A DNA stretch of 64,000 nucleotides from Trypanosoma brucei. Taxonomy: Eukaryota. Of this stretch, positions 11,139 through 22,655 are shown piece by piece. Made by a program: the position numbers and the translations under genes. Under the pieces are notes generated by a model, which saw nothing but the letters and a program-made list of their open reading frames with translations, ran no database searches and was not told where the DNA came from. Numbering within the stretch: position 1 is the first letter of the stretch; the number at the start of each line of letters is the position of its first letter. The DNA is taken from NCBI GenBank assembly GCA_000002445.1, contig CM000207.1, positions 1,888,001 to 1,952,000 of the forward strand, in the 5' to 3' direction.

Positions 11139-11606
11139 ATGTCGAGTGGAAGCCATCGTTCCCCCTCGGCCATGCGGCCCTCCACTCGAATAAGTTCAAT
11201 TGGTGCCACGAGCAACCGCTCCTCCACTCATAACACAGAAACGGAGCTGGACCCGTTTGTGGCTTCCCTGTCACGCGTGACGGTGTACACAGACATTCCC
11301 GACAAAACATTGCAACGCATTATGAGCATTACAGTGGACGCATACAACCGATTTGTGCTCGTTCCCACTCGCAACACATGGCGGAAGGAGGAGGGATCGC
11401 GGAAGGAGCTCGAACGCGAGGTGGAGCGTACCGCATTGAGGGATATCGCACAGGCAGTGAAAGTAAATGTAGAAGCTGCCCTTGGAGGGACTTGGCACGT
11501 TATTTATGGGCGGTCATTTGCCACATATGTCACACACCAGCAGCGTTGCTTCTGCCACTTCCAGTTAGACGGAGCGAATGTTGTGGTGTGGCGCCATGGC
11601 GGTTAG
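11139..11606 (+). CDS. LC8-type dynein light chain with a Ser-rich N-terminal extension of about 70 aa
   Basis: ATG at 11139, 155 aa. The C-terminal TWHVIYGRSFATYVTHQQRCFCHFQLDGANVVVWRHG aligns with the LC8 core [37 protein letters not shown]. The N-terminal roughly 70 aa is rich in S, T and R. Confidence 0.7.
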   Translation: MSSGSHRSPSAMRPSTRISSIGATSNRSSTHNTETELDPFVASLSRVTVYTDIPDKTLQRIMSITVDAYNRFVLVPTRNTWRKEEGSRKELEREVERTALRDIAQAVKVNVEAALGGTWHVIYGRSFATYVTHQQRCFCHFQLDGANVVVWRHGG

Positions 11607-12339
11607 AATGGAAGGGACAGCAGTTAAAGTACGGTTGCTGGCGAGCGCACGTTTGTCCGTACGTATGCACGGTTTGTGTCCTTTAGGTCGCTGAAAATCG
11701 CTTGTGATACTCAGAGCGATAGGTCTTCTAATCGAAGTTTGTTTGTGGCAGGCACTTCGTTACTTTTTCCCACTTTTTTTTAAAAAAATTGTTCTTGAAG
11801 GCGCTGACACGTGGTTGTGCCCTTCAGTTTTTCTTTCGACGGATCATCGTTGAGATAAATGCAATAACAAGGGATCATTTGAGAAGAAATGAGATAGAAA
11901 GAGTGTGTGTATGTGTGTGCGATGGTAGAGAGAATAGGGGAAGGTGAAAGCTTTTAAACCTGATTGGTGCTTTCTTTCTTTCTTTCCTATCCCTTAATCC
12001 TCTTGGTGCGGTTGATGTATGTACGAAGGGTTGGGGATGTTGACCCCTCGAGAAACGTGTTCACACTGTGTGTAAAGAAAATATGTGATAACTTAGAGAT
12101 ATCTATGCTGCGTAGTTTTATTTTTCCGTGGTTTTGCCGTTCTCTTTCACAACCGCGTTCTGTAAAGCTCGCTTTCCTTTCGTTCTACACCTTGCCTCTC
12201 TTGGATTTGACACAATTTATAATTAAAGCAATAGTTCTGATTAGAAAGCGTTCGGAGAAACGCAGTGAGCAGGCGGAGCCTGTCTTCACCCGTCTCACGA
12301 ATTTTAGTTTTTGCTTTTTTTTCTTTGGCTTATCTGACA

Positions 12340-15300
12340 ATGCAAGACATGCGTATGTTTAATGTATGTGCTCTGCTCAGCCACAATGACAGCAGTGCCG
12401 ATATCATTCGAGGGGGGTTTGGAGGTTTTCCGAATGGAATGTGTTTAGAAGATTTTCGTACTTTTGTACTTCAGAACGTATTATCGAAGCCGGAGGGTGA
12501 AGAGGGTACCGAAACGCGTCGTTGTACAACATCTAAAACAACCATTATGAATTTACTTACGGATGTGGATGCAGAAACACTGAGAATGAGAAGTGGTGGT
12601 GCCAGCGGTCTTCAACCGCGGTTTTCAAAGCAACCCTTGTTCTCTTTTTCACGAAGGAAATCTGGCAAACCGCGCAGCTTTGGTTCGGTTCTCATGGAGG
12701 CGGATGAAAATGATAAACTTTGTCATTTGGACTACCTTTTTAGCCTTGTAGATTCCGATCGTGATGGATTTATCACATGGGATGATATGTTACAGCGTGC
12801 TGTAGAGGAGGCGACACAAGACATTACATCGGCACTTCAGAGTATGCACTCCTACTCCTTCTTCCGTTCCTCCACAAGATCGAGGGCCATAAAGTCGATT
12901 CACGGACTTCCGCAGCATAAATCCCTTTTTGCTGTCGTCACAGGTTCTCATCCTCTAACTCTTATGAAGAGGTCAGACTTCAGTATAGCCAAGCAGTTCA
13001 CACCGAGGGAAGTTGGAGGTGCAGCACCGACCTCAGTGGAGTACCTTCCGGGACCTGATATTTTACTAAGTTATTCTAGGGACGACGCGACAATTCGTGG
13101 TTGGTGGAACTTTTTGTCCGTTAGCCGCATGGGTGTCATGAATCCCTTACATCTGGATGGGATTGTGCGAAGATTGAGATTAGGGAACAGTTCTCTTCCT
13201 TACTCTTTCTTCACAGCCGGGAGCAATGGCAACATTCAGCACTGGAAGGTACCCAAACAACGATACGTGTGTGATATGGTTAGCGAGCACGTATACAAGG
13301 GCATTCACTCGTGTGAAAGCGGTGGCATTATTGACTTTGTAATGACTGATGAATGGTTCTTCTCCGTGGGGTTTGATCATCGCGTGGTCTCGACGAATGT
13401 AGAAACAGGTCGTTCCGTTGTTATGGGTCAGATGACGGAGACCATTCGGTTTGTAGAGTATAATAAACCTTTTAATTGTTTTCCGTGTGTCACATATGGA
13501 AACGAACTCTTACTGTGGGATGTTCGTTCCTCGTCCGAGTCTCGTAGTACACCACTTGTCGACGACTCATTTAAGGTTCACAGAGGGAGTGTAATTGGTT
13601 TAACCAATGCACCGGGACTGCCGCAGGTGATCACAGCAGACAACACAGGGAGAATAAAAATATGGGATCTTCGGCTTCTTCGTTGCGTGCAGACGCTGTT
13701 TGCTGACGGGTCTTCCGAGAGTGACTTTAGTTTGGACATGGTGGGCAAAGAGTTAAACGGGTCAAAAAATGGTACTTCCCACAACTCTAAGAACTTCAAA
13801 ACTGGAAAAAGTCGATGTATTTCCTCCTTTTGTTACTTTGCCAACACACATGAAATTGTGTCTAGCTCGGCTGACGCATTAGTTTCGCTGCGATATGATC
13901 GCCGTAGCGACTGTACTATTGCCGATGCCGACGTCTTATATTACGCATGCTTTGATGAGCAGCATGAACTAATTGTATTACAGGGTCCTACCCGTACAAG
14001 TGTGTGGGACGCTAAAGGCGGTTACCGGCGCTCGCTTTTTGATCGAGTCACCCAATCGGATATTCCTATTGGCAGGTATGAAGTTGTTGCCATGTGCGTC
14101 GACCCGATACGAAATCGTATATTTTATGCCTTAGCTGAAGGTGTCATTGAGGTTCGTTCATCAAAGGATTATGTACTGATCGACACCTACTCGATGCACA
14201 ATTCAGAAATAAGGGAAATGTGTTTTAGTTACAAACACAACATGTTAGTTAGCATGGCTGAGAATGGGGTGATTTCTGTTCGCAACGAAAAGCGATCCGT
14301 GCCATGGACGATGAGTATTTCCGTCTCCAAAAGAAAGTTGCGATCCCTCATTTTGAGCGACGAACTTGGTTTTATTTGTTGTTGTGACGACCATTACATT
14401 TATTTTATCGATTACAGGCAAACGTCCCTCGTCCCTTTCCCCATAGAAGCGCCGTTCCCCGTACACGTGATGGCTATATTCGGTACATTACCAGTACTGG
14501 CACTCGGAAGTAAGGAGGGACAGATTGTTCTGTGGTCACTTCCACCCGCAGAAGTGAGTTACACAATGTTAGCTTCCATCAACTTGGAAGGTATTGCAAA
14601 GTCTCAGGGCCAAAAACCAATCGCACGGCCTAAAAAGGATAATGAGGACAGTTCATCACTTGGAAATGAAACTACATGGCTGCCACTTGGACTTGGTGAA
14701 ACCAAGGAATACAAATATCAAGAGGAATTATTACCATCCGTTGCCGCGGCATCCGTCAAGGCAAGTAGTGAGTCCTGCGACAGTTCCCTGTGCAGTTTAC
14801 TGCGTGAAATTTGCCGCAAAGAATCCAGTAGCTTGATTACAGCCATTGCATTTGATGACGTTTTGCACAACCTTTTCGTCGCAGATGGAAGCGGTAAAAT
14901 ATTTGTTTACTCTCTTTGTCCCTTGGTGCAGGACTATGGACTACTGCCTTGCTCATTTGAGAAGCGCACAAGGTACAGGCTTCGGGATGTGCCGAGAGAT
15001 TCAAGGCTATCGAATACTCCTCCACTAGCGCACACCATCACCGCCCATCACTCAGCCGCAAACTACATGACGTGGTTTCCTGGTCTGCGGGTCATTATAT
15101 CATGTGGAGGTGACTCCAATGTAAAACTTTTTGACGTGGACGGAAGGGAGGTTGGGCAATTGCTCATGACACGCCTTCCCCCGAGGCCCGCGTTTGACGC
15201 GGTGAATAATGATCGTGAAAGTAGACCAGAAACAGGTACCGTTGTGGTCAAGGAAGCTCCATATTGCCTTCCTGCTGATACGGGCACCACAAAGAAATGT

Positions 15301-16179
15301 GTAAGTTGTGCTCTGATGGAGGAACGAAGGCAGGAGGTTACCGCGTTTATCACGGAGGAGGATAACTCGGCGGCTCTCGGCGTCGGTCCACTCCCGTCCA
15401 TCAACAGGAAGCAACACAACAGATCGGCCTTGCGCAGTGCTCGCAAAGCACCTTGTGTAACCCTCGGGGCATTCATGAAAGCAGAAGAAGAGAAAATCCC
15501 GGAGGTCGTTGAAGGGGATGTAAAACCACAGCCGGTTCCCGCCGCGACTCCGGAAATCACTTGGTTAGCAGCACTAAAGAGGAAGAAATGGCACCATGCA
15601 GCGGAGAGGTCTCGTGGCACGTACATCCACAACAGTGATATGATGACTCGCCCTGCAAAAATAGTTGGATCTTTGCCCGACTCGAAGGTTGAGTCCGGTG
15701 AGGACCTGCCAAACAACTTGAGGCGTAACGCAAATCTCCTCGAAAACGTATTGAAGGGAATAGACCCGTCTGTTGTTGGATTAACTAGGACGAAAAAACC
15801 AGGTACAGCGGTGACACCGCCACCAGGAGGTAAAACTATATCAGAATCAGGGGATGTCGGATTGAAAAAACTTACTCTTGCTGGTATTCAACTGAGTCCA
15901 CGTCCTTTCAACAGTGCACTTTCGCCCGGAACAAAAACTCCGCGGTCCGGGTATCGAGGCAAAGTACAACCGATAAAAATGTCTGCTCGCGAGAAGTGGG
16001 AGTTTTGCACCGGTGAACCCTTCGACGCACAACACAACGTGGGAGAAGACGATGTAAGTAGGCAGTTAGATGAACTTGTTCACATGTATGAAAAGGAAAT
16101 GCATCGTTGCTTCCGCGGTGGGAAGAGACATGAGAAAATTAAAAAGAACAAAGCCTCATTCCTTCAAGACAGTTCATAG
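12340..16179 (+). CDS. Large WD40-repeat protein with a candidate EF-hand
   Basis: The track start 12265 is GTG, and the first in-frame ATG is at 12340 (MQDMRMFNV...). The ORF is about 1280 aa. WD-like repeats are visible (GRIKIWDLR, LLLWDVRS, VKLFDVDG, GQIVLWSL), and DSDRDGFITWDD fits an EF-hand loop. The C-terminal third is low-complexity and basic. Confidence 0.65.
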   Translation: MQDMRMFNVCALLSHNDSSADIIRGGFGGFPNGMCLEDFRTFVLQNVLSKPEGEEGTETRRCTTSKTTIMNLLTDVDAETLRMRSGGASGLQPRFSKQPLFSFSRRKSGKPRSFGSVLMEADENDKLCHLDYLFSLVDSDRDGFITWDDMLQRAVEEATQDITSALQSMHSYSFFRSSTRSRAIKSIHGLPQHKSLFAVVTGSHPLTLMKRSDFSIAKQFTPREVGGAAPTSVEYLPGPDILLSYSRDDATIRGWWNFLSVSRMGVMNPLHLDGIVRRLRLGNSSLPYSFFTAGSNGNIQHWKVPKQRYVCDMVSEHVYKGIHSCESGGIIDFVMTDEWFFSVGFDHRVVSTNVETGRSVVMGQMTETIRFVEYNKPFNCFPCVTYGNELLLWDVRSSSESRSTPLVDDSFKVHRGSVIGLTNAPGLPQVITADNTGRIKIWDLRLLRCVQTLFADGSSESDFSLDMVGKELNGSKNGTSHNSKNFKTGKSRCISSFCYFANTHEIVSSSADALVSLRYDRRSDCTIADADVLYYACFDEQHELIVLQGPTRTSVWDAKGGYRRSLFDRVTQSDIPIGRYEVVAMCVDPIRNRIFYALAEGVIEVRSSKDYVLIDTYSMHNSEIREMCFSYKHNMLVSMAENGVISVRNEKRSVPWTMSISVSKRKLRSLILSDELGFICCCDDHYIYFIDYRQTSLVPFPIEAPFPVHVMAIFGTLPVLALGSKEGQIVLWSLPPAEVSYTMLASINLEGIAKSQGQKPIARPKKDNEDSSSLGNETTWLPLGLGETKEYKYQEELLPSVAAASVKASSESCDSSLCSLLREICRKESSSLITAIAFDDVLHNLFVADGSGKIFVYSLCPLVQDYGLLPCSFEKRTRYRLRDVPRDSRLSNTPPLAHTITAHHSAANYMTWFPGLRVIISCGGDSNVKLFDVDGREVGQLLMTRLPPRPAFDAVNNDRESRPETGTVVVKEAPYCLPADTGTTKKCVSCALMEERRQEVTAFITEEDNSAALGVGPLPSINRKQHNRSALRSARKAPCVTLGAFMKAEEEKIPEVVEGDVKPQPVPAATPEITWLAALKRKKWHHAAERSRGTYIHNSDMMTRPAKIVGSLPDSKVESGEDLPNNLRRNANLLENVLKGIDPSVVGLTRTKKPGTAVTPPPGGKTISESGDVGLKKLTLAGIQLSPRPFNSALSPGTKTPRSGYRGKVQPIKMSAREKWEFCTGEPFDAQHNVGEDDVSRQLDELVHMYEKEMHRCFRGGKRHEKIKKNKASFLQDSS

Positions 16180-17396
16180 GTGTAGAGGTTTGACATAATA
16201 TATTGGATATTAAAAAAAAGAAATTCACCGGTCCCTTGCCTTTGGATTGTGAATTGCGGATCGTTTCACTTTTCATTTTTCACTGTCATACTCACTTTCA
16301 CTTTTATTTTGTTTACATTGCTGACATCATACATTATCCAACAACTGTCTTTGGCTGAACGACCTATGGTTTCATTCTTTTAGTTGTTTGTAGCGTTGTC
16401 ATTAGAGCTCTGAGGACGTAGGCAAATATGCACTAAAAGGGTGTTTTGTTTTTTCTTTCCATAAAACAAAGAGAGAGCGGAGAAAAGGGAGAAAGAAACA
16501 GCGAAAATGTTCCGTCAAAAATTAAAAAAAATATATGGTTTCTCTTTTTTTGTTTCATCTTCCAAACACGGCCCCATGTTTTTCTTGTTGGTTGTCTACG
16601 TGCCTCTTTCCACATCTCAATGCTTGTTTTGATGTCATTTTACTAATATTGTTGTTGTTATTGTTGTGTGCGTATTACAACGATCCGTGTGTGTATATGT
16701 GTTTTGTTTGGTTATGTATTTTCTATCCATATGCACTGCTTTCGCTTTTTTTTTTGTCGTGAACAGTTGTGTTGCCGCTGGCAGAAACACAACTTTACGG
16801 AGGAGAAAAAAGACAAGACAAAATTATGGAAGAAAAGGAAGGAGAAGATAAGGGGAGAAGAATGATGACAAGTGGTGGGCGTACTTCATTATGGTTTTGT
16901 TATGTACATACACAGAGATGTGGCTCTATATCGCAGTCCTCTCATTATTTCCAATTCTTCCCGTTGAATTATGAGGAAATAAGAGGAGAGAAGTATCTAT
17001 CATGTTATCGATGAGTTATGTGCTGAATTGTGTTGTTGTTTTTTTTTTGCAAGTCGGAAAAACCGTGAAGAACGGAGCGAATACGCAATAATAGGTTCCT
17101 CTGTTTGTACACTCCTATTTATAATTGTGATATTTGTAACAATGATAGTAATAGTTGTTATTGTTACAGCTATTGCTATTGTTATTGTTATTTTCTTTTT
17201 TTTAAAAAAAATATATTAATTTGTTTTCCACCCCCTCTCTATCAATGTGGTACCGCTGTGTTTAAAGTATCTGACGCACTTATTGATAAGAGAAGCAGAT
17301 GTCTGTGTATGCGCTCGTCGTGTCTGAACGAGTTTTTCTAAACGTTTGAAATTTATCTCTCTTTTTTTTTTAATTTTGGCATTCCCCATCCCTCAA

Positions 17397-17423
17397 CACA
17401 CACACACACACACGCACACACAA
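17397..17423. repeat. (AC)n microsatellite about 150 nt upstream of the gene starting at 17574
   Basis: The run acacacacacacacgcacacacaatg is read directly. Confidence 0.9.
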
Positions 17424-17573
17424 TGTCATGTCAGCGTTAAGAGTGCCCGTAAAGGACCCAGGAAATTTTTTTCCTGGTGGATAGGCATACTCATTTCTGT
17501 ATGTGTGTGAGGTTGTGCTTAATTAAAGGAATTTAACACCTGGTATAAAACTGGAATTTACTAACGTTAAGAA

Positions 17574-19148
17574 ATGCAAGCCGCTTGTACCAGTAGAAGT
17601 GTTGCGGTACTTGGGAAACTGGCCTCCAAAGGCGTTGGTGTGCTTCTATTGTTGGCAATTTTTAGACGGTGGAGGAAGTCACAGCGTGCCGATTCCATAA
17701 AAAAACATTTTCAACAAGAGAATGAAGTGAAGGATACAGGGTGCATGACATCCGCTCTTTCTTACTTGCCGATTTATATTAACACTGACAAACTACCTGA
17801 AAATATGTTGGTTGGTGCTCCGCTATTTTATCCACCGCAGATGGCTGTTCTCCCTTTGTCGTGGACGGATGCGGTTGGTTTTGAGCGTAGCTGTTTTATA
17901 ACTTGTGAAGGACCTTTTCCGCACATGACGGCCAATGGGAAGGACCCGCATGATATGTCTTTTTTCTTCCTTCAGTACATGCAACGCGTACCTTTTATGC
18001 AGTCCACTGCAGAGAGAGGCCTACCAATAAAGCAGTTGCAGGATGTTGGGTTGTTGTGTTGCACTGACGCTTTCAGTCACATTGTAACTGACCCTGCTGA
18101 ACGGGTGGTGGTGATATTCGGTCGTAACGGCCCTTATTTTACGTCGCTCGTGATAACGCCGTGTACCATGCCAGAGAAAAATGTAGTGGGAAATATTCAG
18201 CTGGCCAATCAAATTTCTTTACAAGATCTGCAGAAACTTCTCGATGCTTGCTGCCCCACACCTCTCGTAGACGAAATCCGACTTGCTGGAACCTCTGCCG
18301 GTACGCTGCAGGGGAAGTTACACATCGCTTGCCGCTACGGTAACCGTGTGGTTCAGTTTACCGCTGCATCTGCTCTTACTGTCCGCAGTGCACGTGACAA
18401 TGAAGATTTCATTTTTTCCCTTGAAGGGGATGTATTGGCACAAAAGCGAATCGTATTTGATGCAGCAACTATAGACGCGTTGATTTCTGGTAAAACACTT
18501 GATGAATTATTTTCATGTCCTGGCCCCCAATGCATGCGAGTCTCTTCACTTGTTCAACTAATCCACATGGAGGATCTAACCGAAATATCACATAATCTCG
18601 GTAATGGCGCCAGTAATGGTGATGTGACTCGGGAGATTAATTTAAAGGTGTCGGGCTCCAGGTTGTTATTGAGCGCTGGTGAAGTTTCTGTCGTCTTCCA
18701 CCACGCACATTTAGGCGTTCATTTTCCTATAAACTCACATCACGGTGTCATTTGCGAACCGGTTTTAACAACCGATCTCTGCCTCATGTATTATCCTTTG
18801 GGTTCCACTGCTGCGTTGCCAAATGCAATGATGCGTCGTGTGAGGCAGTTACCACCCACATGGGAACGATCATTACACACAGATGATGCCCTCAGACACA
18901 ATGCACTGTTTCACTTTACGGATTGGATGAGAGGAAGTGTGCCATGCATTACCTGCGATCTGAGCGGCTTCCGATGCGCACAATTATATGAGGAAAAGGA
19001 CGGGATGAGCTGTCGGACATATGTAGTCCCACTAGCGGAAGAAATTATGGTGCTCCGATGGGAAACGTCAACATGCGATTGGGAACAGCACCTTCCGCAT
19101 CTGCAAAAATTTATCGACACACTCCACTTGGAGGTTCCAACAGCATGA
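17574..19148 (+). CDS. Hypothetical protein
   Basis: ATG at 17574, 524 aa. It is a long ORF in the same orientation as its neighbours, preceded by a pyrimidine-rich spacer, and has non-repetitive composition. I recognise no motif in it. Confidence 0.5.
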   Translation: MQAACTSRSVAVLGKLASKGVGVLLLLAIFRRWRKSQRADSIKKHFQQENEVKDTGCMTSALSYLPIYINTDKLPENMLVGAPLFYPPQMAVLPLSWTDAVGFERSCFITCEGPFPHMTANGKDPHDMSFFFLQYMQRVPFMQSTAERGLPIKQLQDVGLLCCTDAFSHIVTDPAERVVVIFGRNGPYFTSLVITPCTMPEKNVVGNIQLANQISLQDLQKLLDACCPTPLVDEIRLAGTSAGTLQGKLHIACRYGNRVVQFTAASALTVRSARDNEDFIFSLEGDVLAQKRIVFDAATIDALISGKTLDELFSCPGPQCMRVSSLVQLIHMEDLTEISHNLGNGASNGDVTREINLKVSGSRLLLSAGEVSVVFHHAHLGVHFPINSHHGVICEPVLTTDLCLMYYPLGSTAALPNAMMRRVRQLPPTWERSLHTDDALRHNALFHFTDWMRGSVPCITCDLSGFRCAQLYEEKDGMSCRTYVVPLAEEIMVLRWETSTCDWEQHLPHLQKFIDTLHLEVPTA

Positions 19149-20447
19149 AAACTATGGACAGGGAAAAAGTGCTGGACGAGTAGAGGAAATGTAATGCAAC
19201 GAAATCTTTTTTTTTCCTCCTCTTTTGGGTGCTGGTGGCGTTCGAGAGGCTGCGTGAGATTTGCTTGCTTGCTTGCTTGCTTTGTTGTTTTTTTTTACCT
19301 TATTATTATTATTTTTTTTTTTACAAAAATTTTCATCTTATTTATCTACTTACCTTGATTACTTTTCTGCGCACAATTTTTTTTTATGGGGGGGAGGGGA
19401 TTGGGTGGTACAGAGAGGATATATATATTTTATGGAGTAATTAAGTAAAGTGAGGGAGTGCAGCGACATGAAAATCAACGTGAAAAAGGGGGATGCTAAC
19501 TTCATAAGAATGGTAGCAACAAAAGAAATTAAAACGAAGCGAAGAAGGAAGTGATGTAATGATAATTTGAACCATCAAATGGCTTAGCATCAACAAAGAA
19601 AAAAAAAGGACAGTAACTTGAAGAAACTTAGAAGAATATGTGATCAAAAGGGGAGAAGATGGAGTTGTGATCTGTGTGCAACAGACATATGTTGTAAAAT
19701 AAAAAATGTTAAATAGTGATTTATTACTTACATGAACGGGAATACATAATAAGAGGGGAAAAAGTGAGTGTGTGAAGAAGGTGTGACGGTAATAGGTGTT
19801 AAGGAGAACTGAAAGGCTTTAAACAAAGGAACCCCCGACTGGAATTTGAAAAAAAAAAAGTCAATCAAACAGTGAGGAATAAAAATGATGTACAAAAAAG
19901 CTTAATGGGAATTTACTTGACTTGTTGCTTATAAAGAGGAAGCGCAATCGATATGTAACCCCTCCGCACCTCATTGCGAATGTGGGATCAAATGATGGAA
20001 CGACCATTGTTTGCCATTCAATTTTTTTTGTCTTACCCACTTTTTTTTTCGTATGCATTTTCCATTTTATCGCTCCATTTTTAAATGTTATATGTTAATT
20101 ATAATCTTATATTTTACAATTTTTACTTCAATCGCGCGGTAGTGGCTCTGCGTCTGACATAACTGTTGGTGTTATGAAACACAACAAACGAAGTTAGGAG
20201 AAGCCGAAAAAGTGTGTGTGTGTGCTTTCCGATTTCACAAAAAAAAATTAATGGGCAATTTGTTTAGTGAGTATTGCTCCATGCTTAATTACCTTTCTTC
20301 GATTTATTTATTCTTTTTTTTTTTATACCCCACCCCCTAAAAAACAAAATACAACAATTAATAATAATAAAATGTAGCTACTATTCAGCAAAGAAGAAGA
20401 AGGTAGGGAAGGGTCGCAAGAGGGGTTTGCTTTGAAATATTTATTTT

Positions 20448-22655
20448 ATGAGTTTATCCCGCACAGAAAACAACGGCACCACCAGTGACACTCCGGCTCG
20501 TGAGTTCAACAACAATGAACGTAACGCGCCAGTGAACAACGGTGGCGCGGGTCGAGGGGGCCGTTGGGCCTTTCGGGGTGATTTCCGCTCAGATGAGGGG
20601 GGTGAACGTAAGGGAAAGCCGTGGGGGAGGTTCCCGCAAGGGGATGGTGAAAGAGGCAATCGCGGTTACGGTGGAGGTTATCGAGGCCGTGGCGGCAGGG
20701 GTCGCGGTGGCGGTGGCGGTGGCGGATTCCGTGAAGGCAGTTTTGGTTTCGAGAACCGGGCACAACAACAGCCACCGCGTGAGGGGTTAATGAATGACCA
20801 GGCTCCTCAAGAGGAGAGACAACCAACGGAAGAATCAGAACCGGTGCAGAGGGGACGGTTTGACGTTGATTTCTATGACAGACCTCGCCGCCGGGGCCGA
20901 GGCCGGCAGTATGGTGGTAGAGGGGATAATGACGGTGAAAGGGGCTTCTTCGGGGGAGATAACAACGAGAGGCAACCACAGAAACAGAGGCAACAAAACC
21001 CAAAGCCGTTTGGTCAGCAGCAGCAGCTGGAACCACAGCAGGAGGATGAACAAGAGGCCGTAGCGTCGCCACAACAGCAGTACAATCAGCAGCAACGGCA
21101 GCCTGAGAGGAGGCCCGATACAGCTCCCACAATGGATCCCATTTCTACGAACCCTAACCGCACACAACGCGCGCCACGTTTCCGTAAGAACTGTCGCGAC
21201 GAAAGGGAGATCGAGAAGCTGTTCGAGAGTCATCATCAACAAAAAGGTATCTCTCTCGAGAACTATGCCAGTATTCCCGTCGACATCGTCCCCCGTGACA
21301 TTGATGCTGTTGAAAGCTTTGAAGACCTCTTCGTCGAGCCAGCACTTGCTTTGAATATTGCAAAGTGTGGATATAAGGAACCGACCCCCGTTCAGCGCTA
21401 CGGTATCCCCGTCTGTCTTAACGGTAATGACCTCATGGCATGCGCGCAGACAGGTTCCGGAAAGACAGCAGCATTCCTTGTTCCAGTCGTGCACTACATT
21501 CTAAAAAATGGTGTTTCTCCAGCAAAGGACCGCATCAGCCACCCCATTGCCGTCATCATGGCTCCAACTCGAGAATTGGCGTTGCAGATATATGATGAAG
21601 TCCGCAAACTGACGTTTCGCACAGATATCTTCTACGATGTCGTTTACGGTGGCACACCGTACCCTACGCGTTTTGAGAACGATATTCTTGTTGCCTGCCC
21701 AGGCCGCCTGAAGGACATTTTTGATCGTAACATTGTTTCTTTCAGCTGTGTCAAGTTTCTCATTCTGGACGAAGCGGATCGTATGCTTGAGATGGGGTTT
21801 GAAGAACAGATTGAGTACCTTGTTGCCTCACGCTACTCCGACATGCCTTCAAGTGAGGAAAGGCAAACACTCATGTTTAGTGCTACCTTTCCACAACGCA
21901 TTCTCAATCTCGCGAAACGGTACCTGCGACCGAAGTACTACCTCCTAACGGTCGGCCGTGTGGGCTCAACAACGAAAAACATAACTCAAAAACTTGAGCG
22001 GGTGCCGGAAGCGGAGAAGAAGGATAAACTTTTCGATATCATTTACAAGCAGAAGCAAACTGATCTTGTCCTGATATTTGTGGAGACCAAGCGGTCAGCT
22101 GAGCAACTTCACAGTGCCCTTAAAAGCAGCGGCATCCCCAGTACCACTATCCATGGTGACCGCCGCCAGAGCGACCGAGAGATCGCATTGAAAGATTTCA
22201 AGAGCGGCATTACGCCTATTTTGGTGGCAACTGACGTTGCTTCTCGCGGTCTTGATATCCCCAACGTTGCCCATGTTATTCAGTACGACTTACCAAAGGA
22301 AATGGATGATTACACCCACCGTATCGGGCGTACCGGACGAGCTGGAAACAAGGGAGTTGCAACTTCATTTTACGACAGAAATAACCGCAATCTTGCTGTG
22401 GAACTGTACCACTACCTGCGTGAACACGAACAGGAGGTACCTATGTGGCTTGAAAATGAAAAGGATGCCGTAGAGGGAGAGCGGTTTGTTGGCGGCACGC
22501 GCGGTGGGAACCGACGAGGTGGCGGCGAAAGCCGTGCCGCTGCTCCACTTGGAAACTCGACATGGGGTGAAGCCGCTACTGGCAGAGGTGGCCGCCAAGG
22601 CGGTCAGCAGCAGCAGGAACGCAAAGAATCGAATGTGGATGACGGAGGCTTCTAA
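20448..22655 (+). CDS. ATP-dependent DEAD-box RNA helicase, DDX3/Ded1 subfamily
   Basis: ATG at 20448, 735 aa. The product carries the Q-motif region, motif I AQTGSGKTAAFL, Ia PTRELA, II DEADRML, III SAT, V ATDVASRGLDIP and VI HRIGRTGRAG. RGG/GRG-rich tails at both termini are typical of Ded1/DDX3. Confidence 0.9.
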   Translation: MSLSRTENNGTTSDTPAREFNNNERNAPVNNGGAGRGGRWAFRGDFRSDEGGERKGKPWGRFPQGDGERGNRGYGGGYRGRGGRGRGGGGGGGFREGSFGFENRAQQQPPREGLMNDQAPQEERQPTEESEPVQRGRFDVDFYDRPRRRGRGRQYGGRGDNDGERGFFGGDNNERQPQKQRQQNPKPFGQQQQLEPQQEDEQEAVASPQQQYNQQQRQPERRPDTAPTMDPISTNPNRTQRAPRFRKNCRDEREIEKLFESHHQQKGISLENYASIPVDIVPRDIDAVESFEDLFVEPALALNIAKCGYKEPTPVQRYGIPVCLNGNDLMACAQTGSGKTAAFLVPVVHYILKNGVSPAKDRISHPIAVIMAPTRELALQIYDEVRKLTFRTDIFYDVVYGGTPYPTRFENDILVACPGRLKDIFDRNIVSFSCVKFLILDEADRMLEMGFEEQIEYLVASRYSDMPSSEERQTLMFSATFPQRILNLAKRYLRPKYYLLTVGRVGSTTKNITQKLERVPEAEKKDKLFDIIYKQKQTDLVLIFVETKRSAEQLHSALKSSGIPSTTIHGDRRQSDREIALKDFKSGITPILVATDVASRGLDIPNVAHVIQYDLPKEMDDYTHRIGRTGRAGNKGVATSFYDRNNRNLAVELYHYLREHEQEVPMWLENEKDAVEGERFVGGTRGGNRRGGGESRAAAPLGNSTWGEAATGRGGRQGGQQQQERKESNVDDGGF

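Noticed and set aside
15063-15716. A 217-aa minus-strand ORF inside the WD40 gene
   Set aside because: It is antisense to the long plus-strand ORF, which carries WD repeats, and its composition is low-complexity Ser/Gly-rich.
20506-21494. Two minus-strand ORFs of about 210-220 aa overlapping the 5' part of the DEAD-box helicase
   Set aside because: They are antisense to the RGG/GRG-rich low-complexity coding region and their composition is Pro/Leu/His-rich nonsense.
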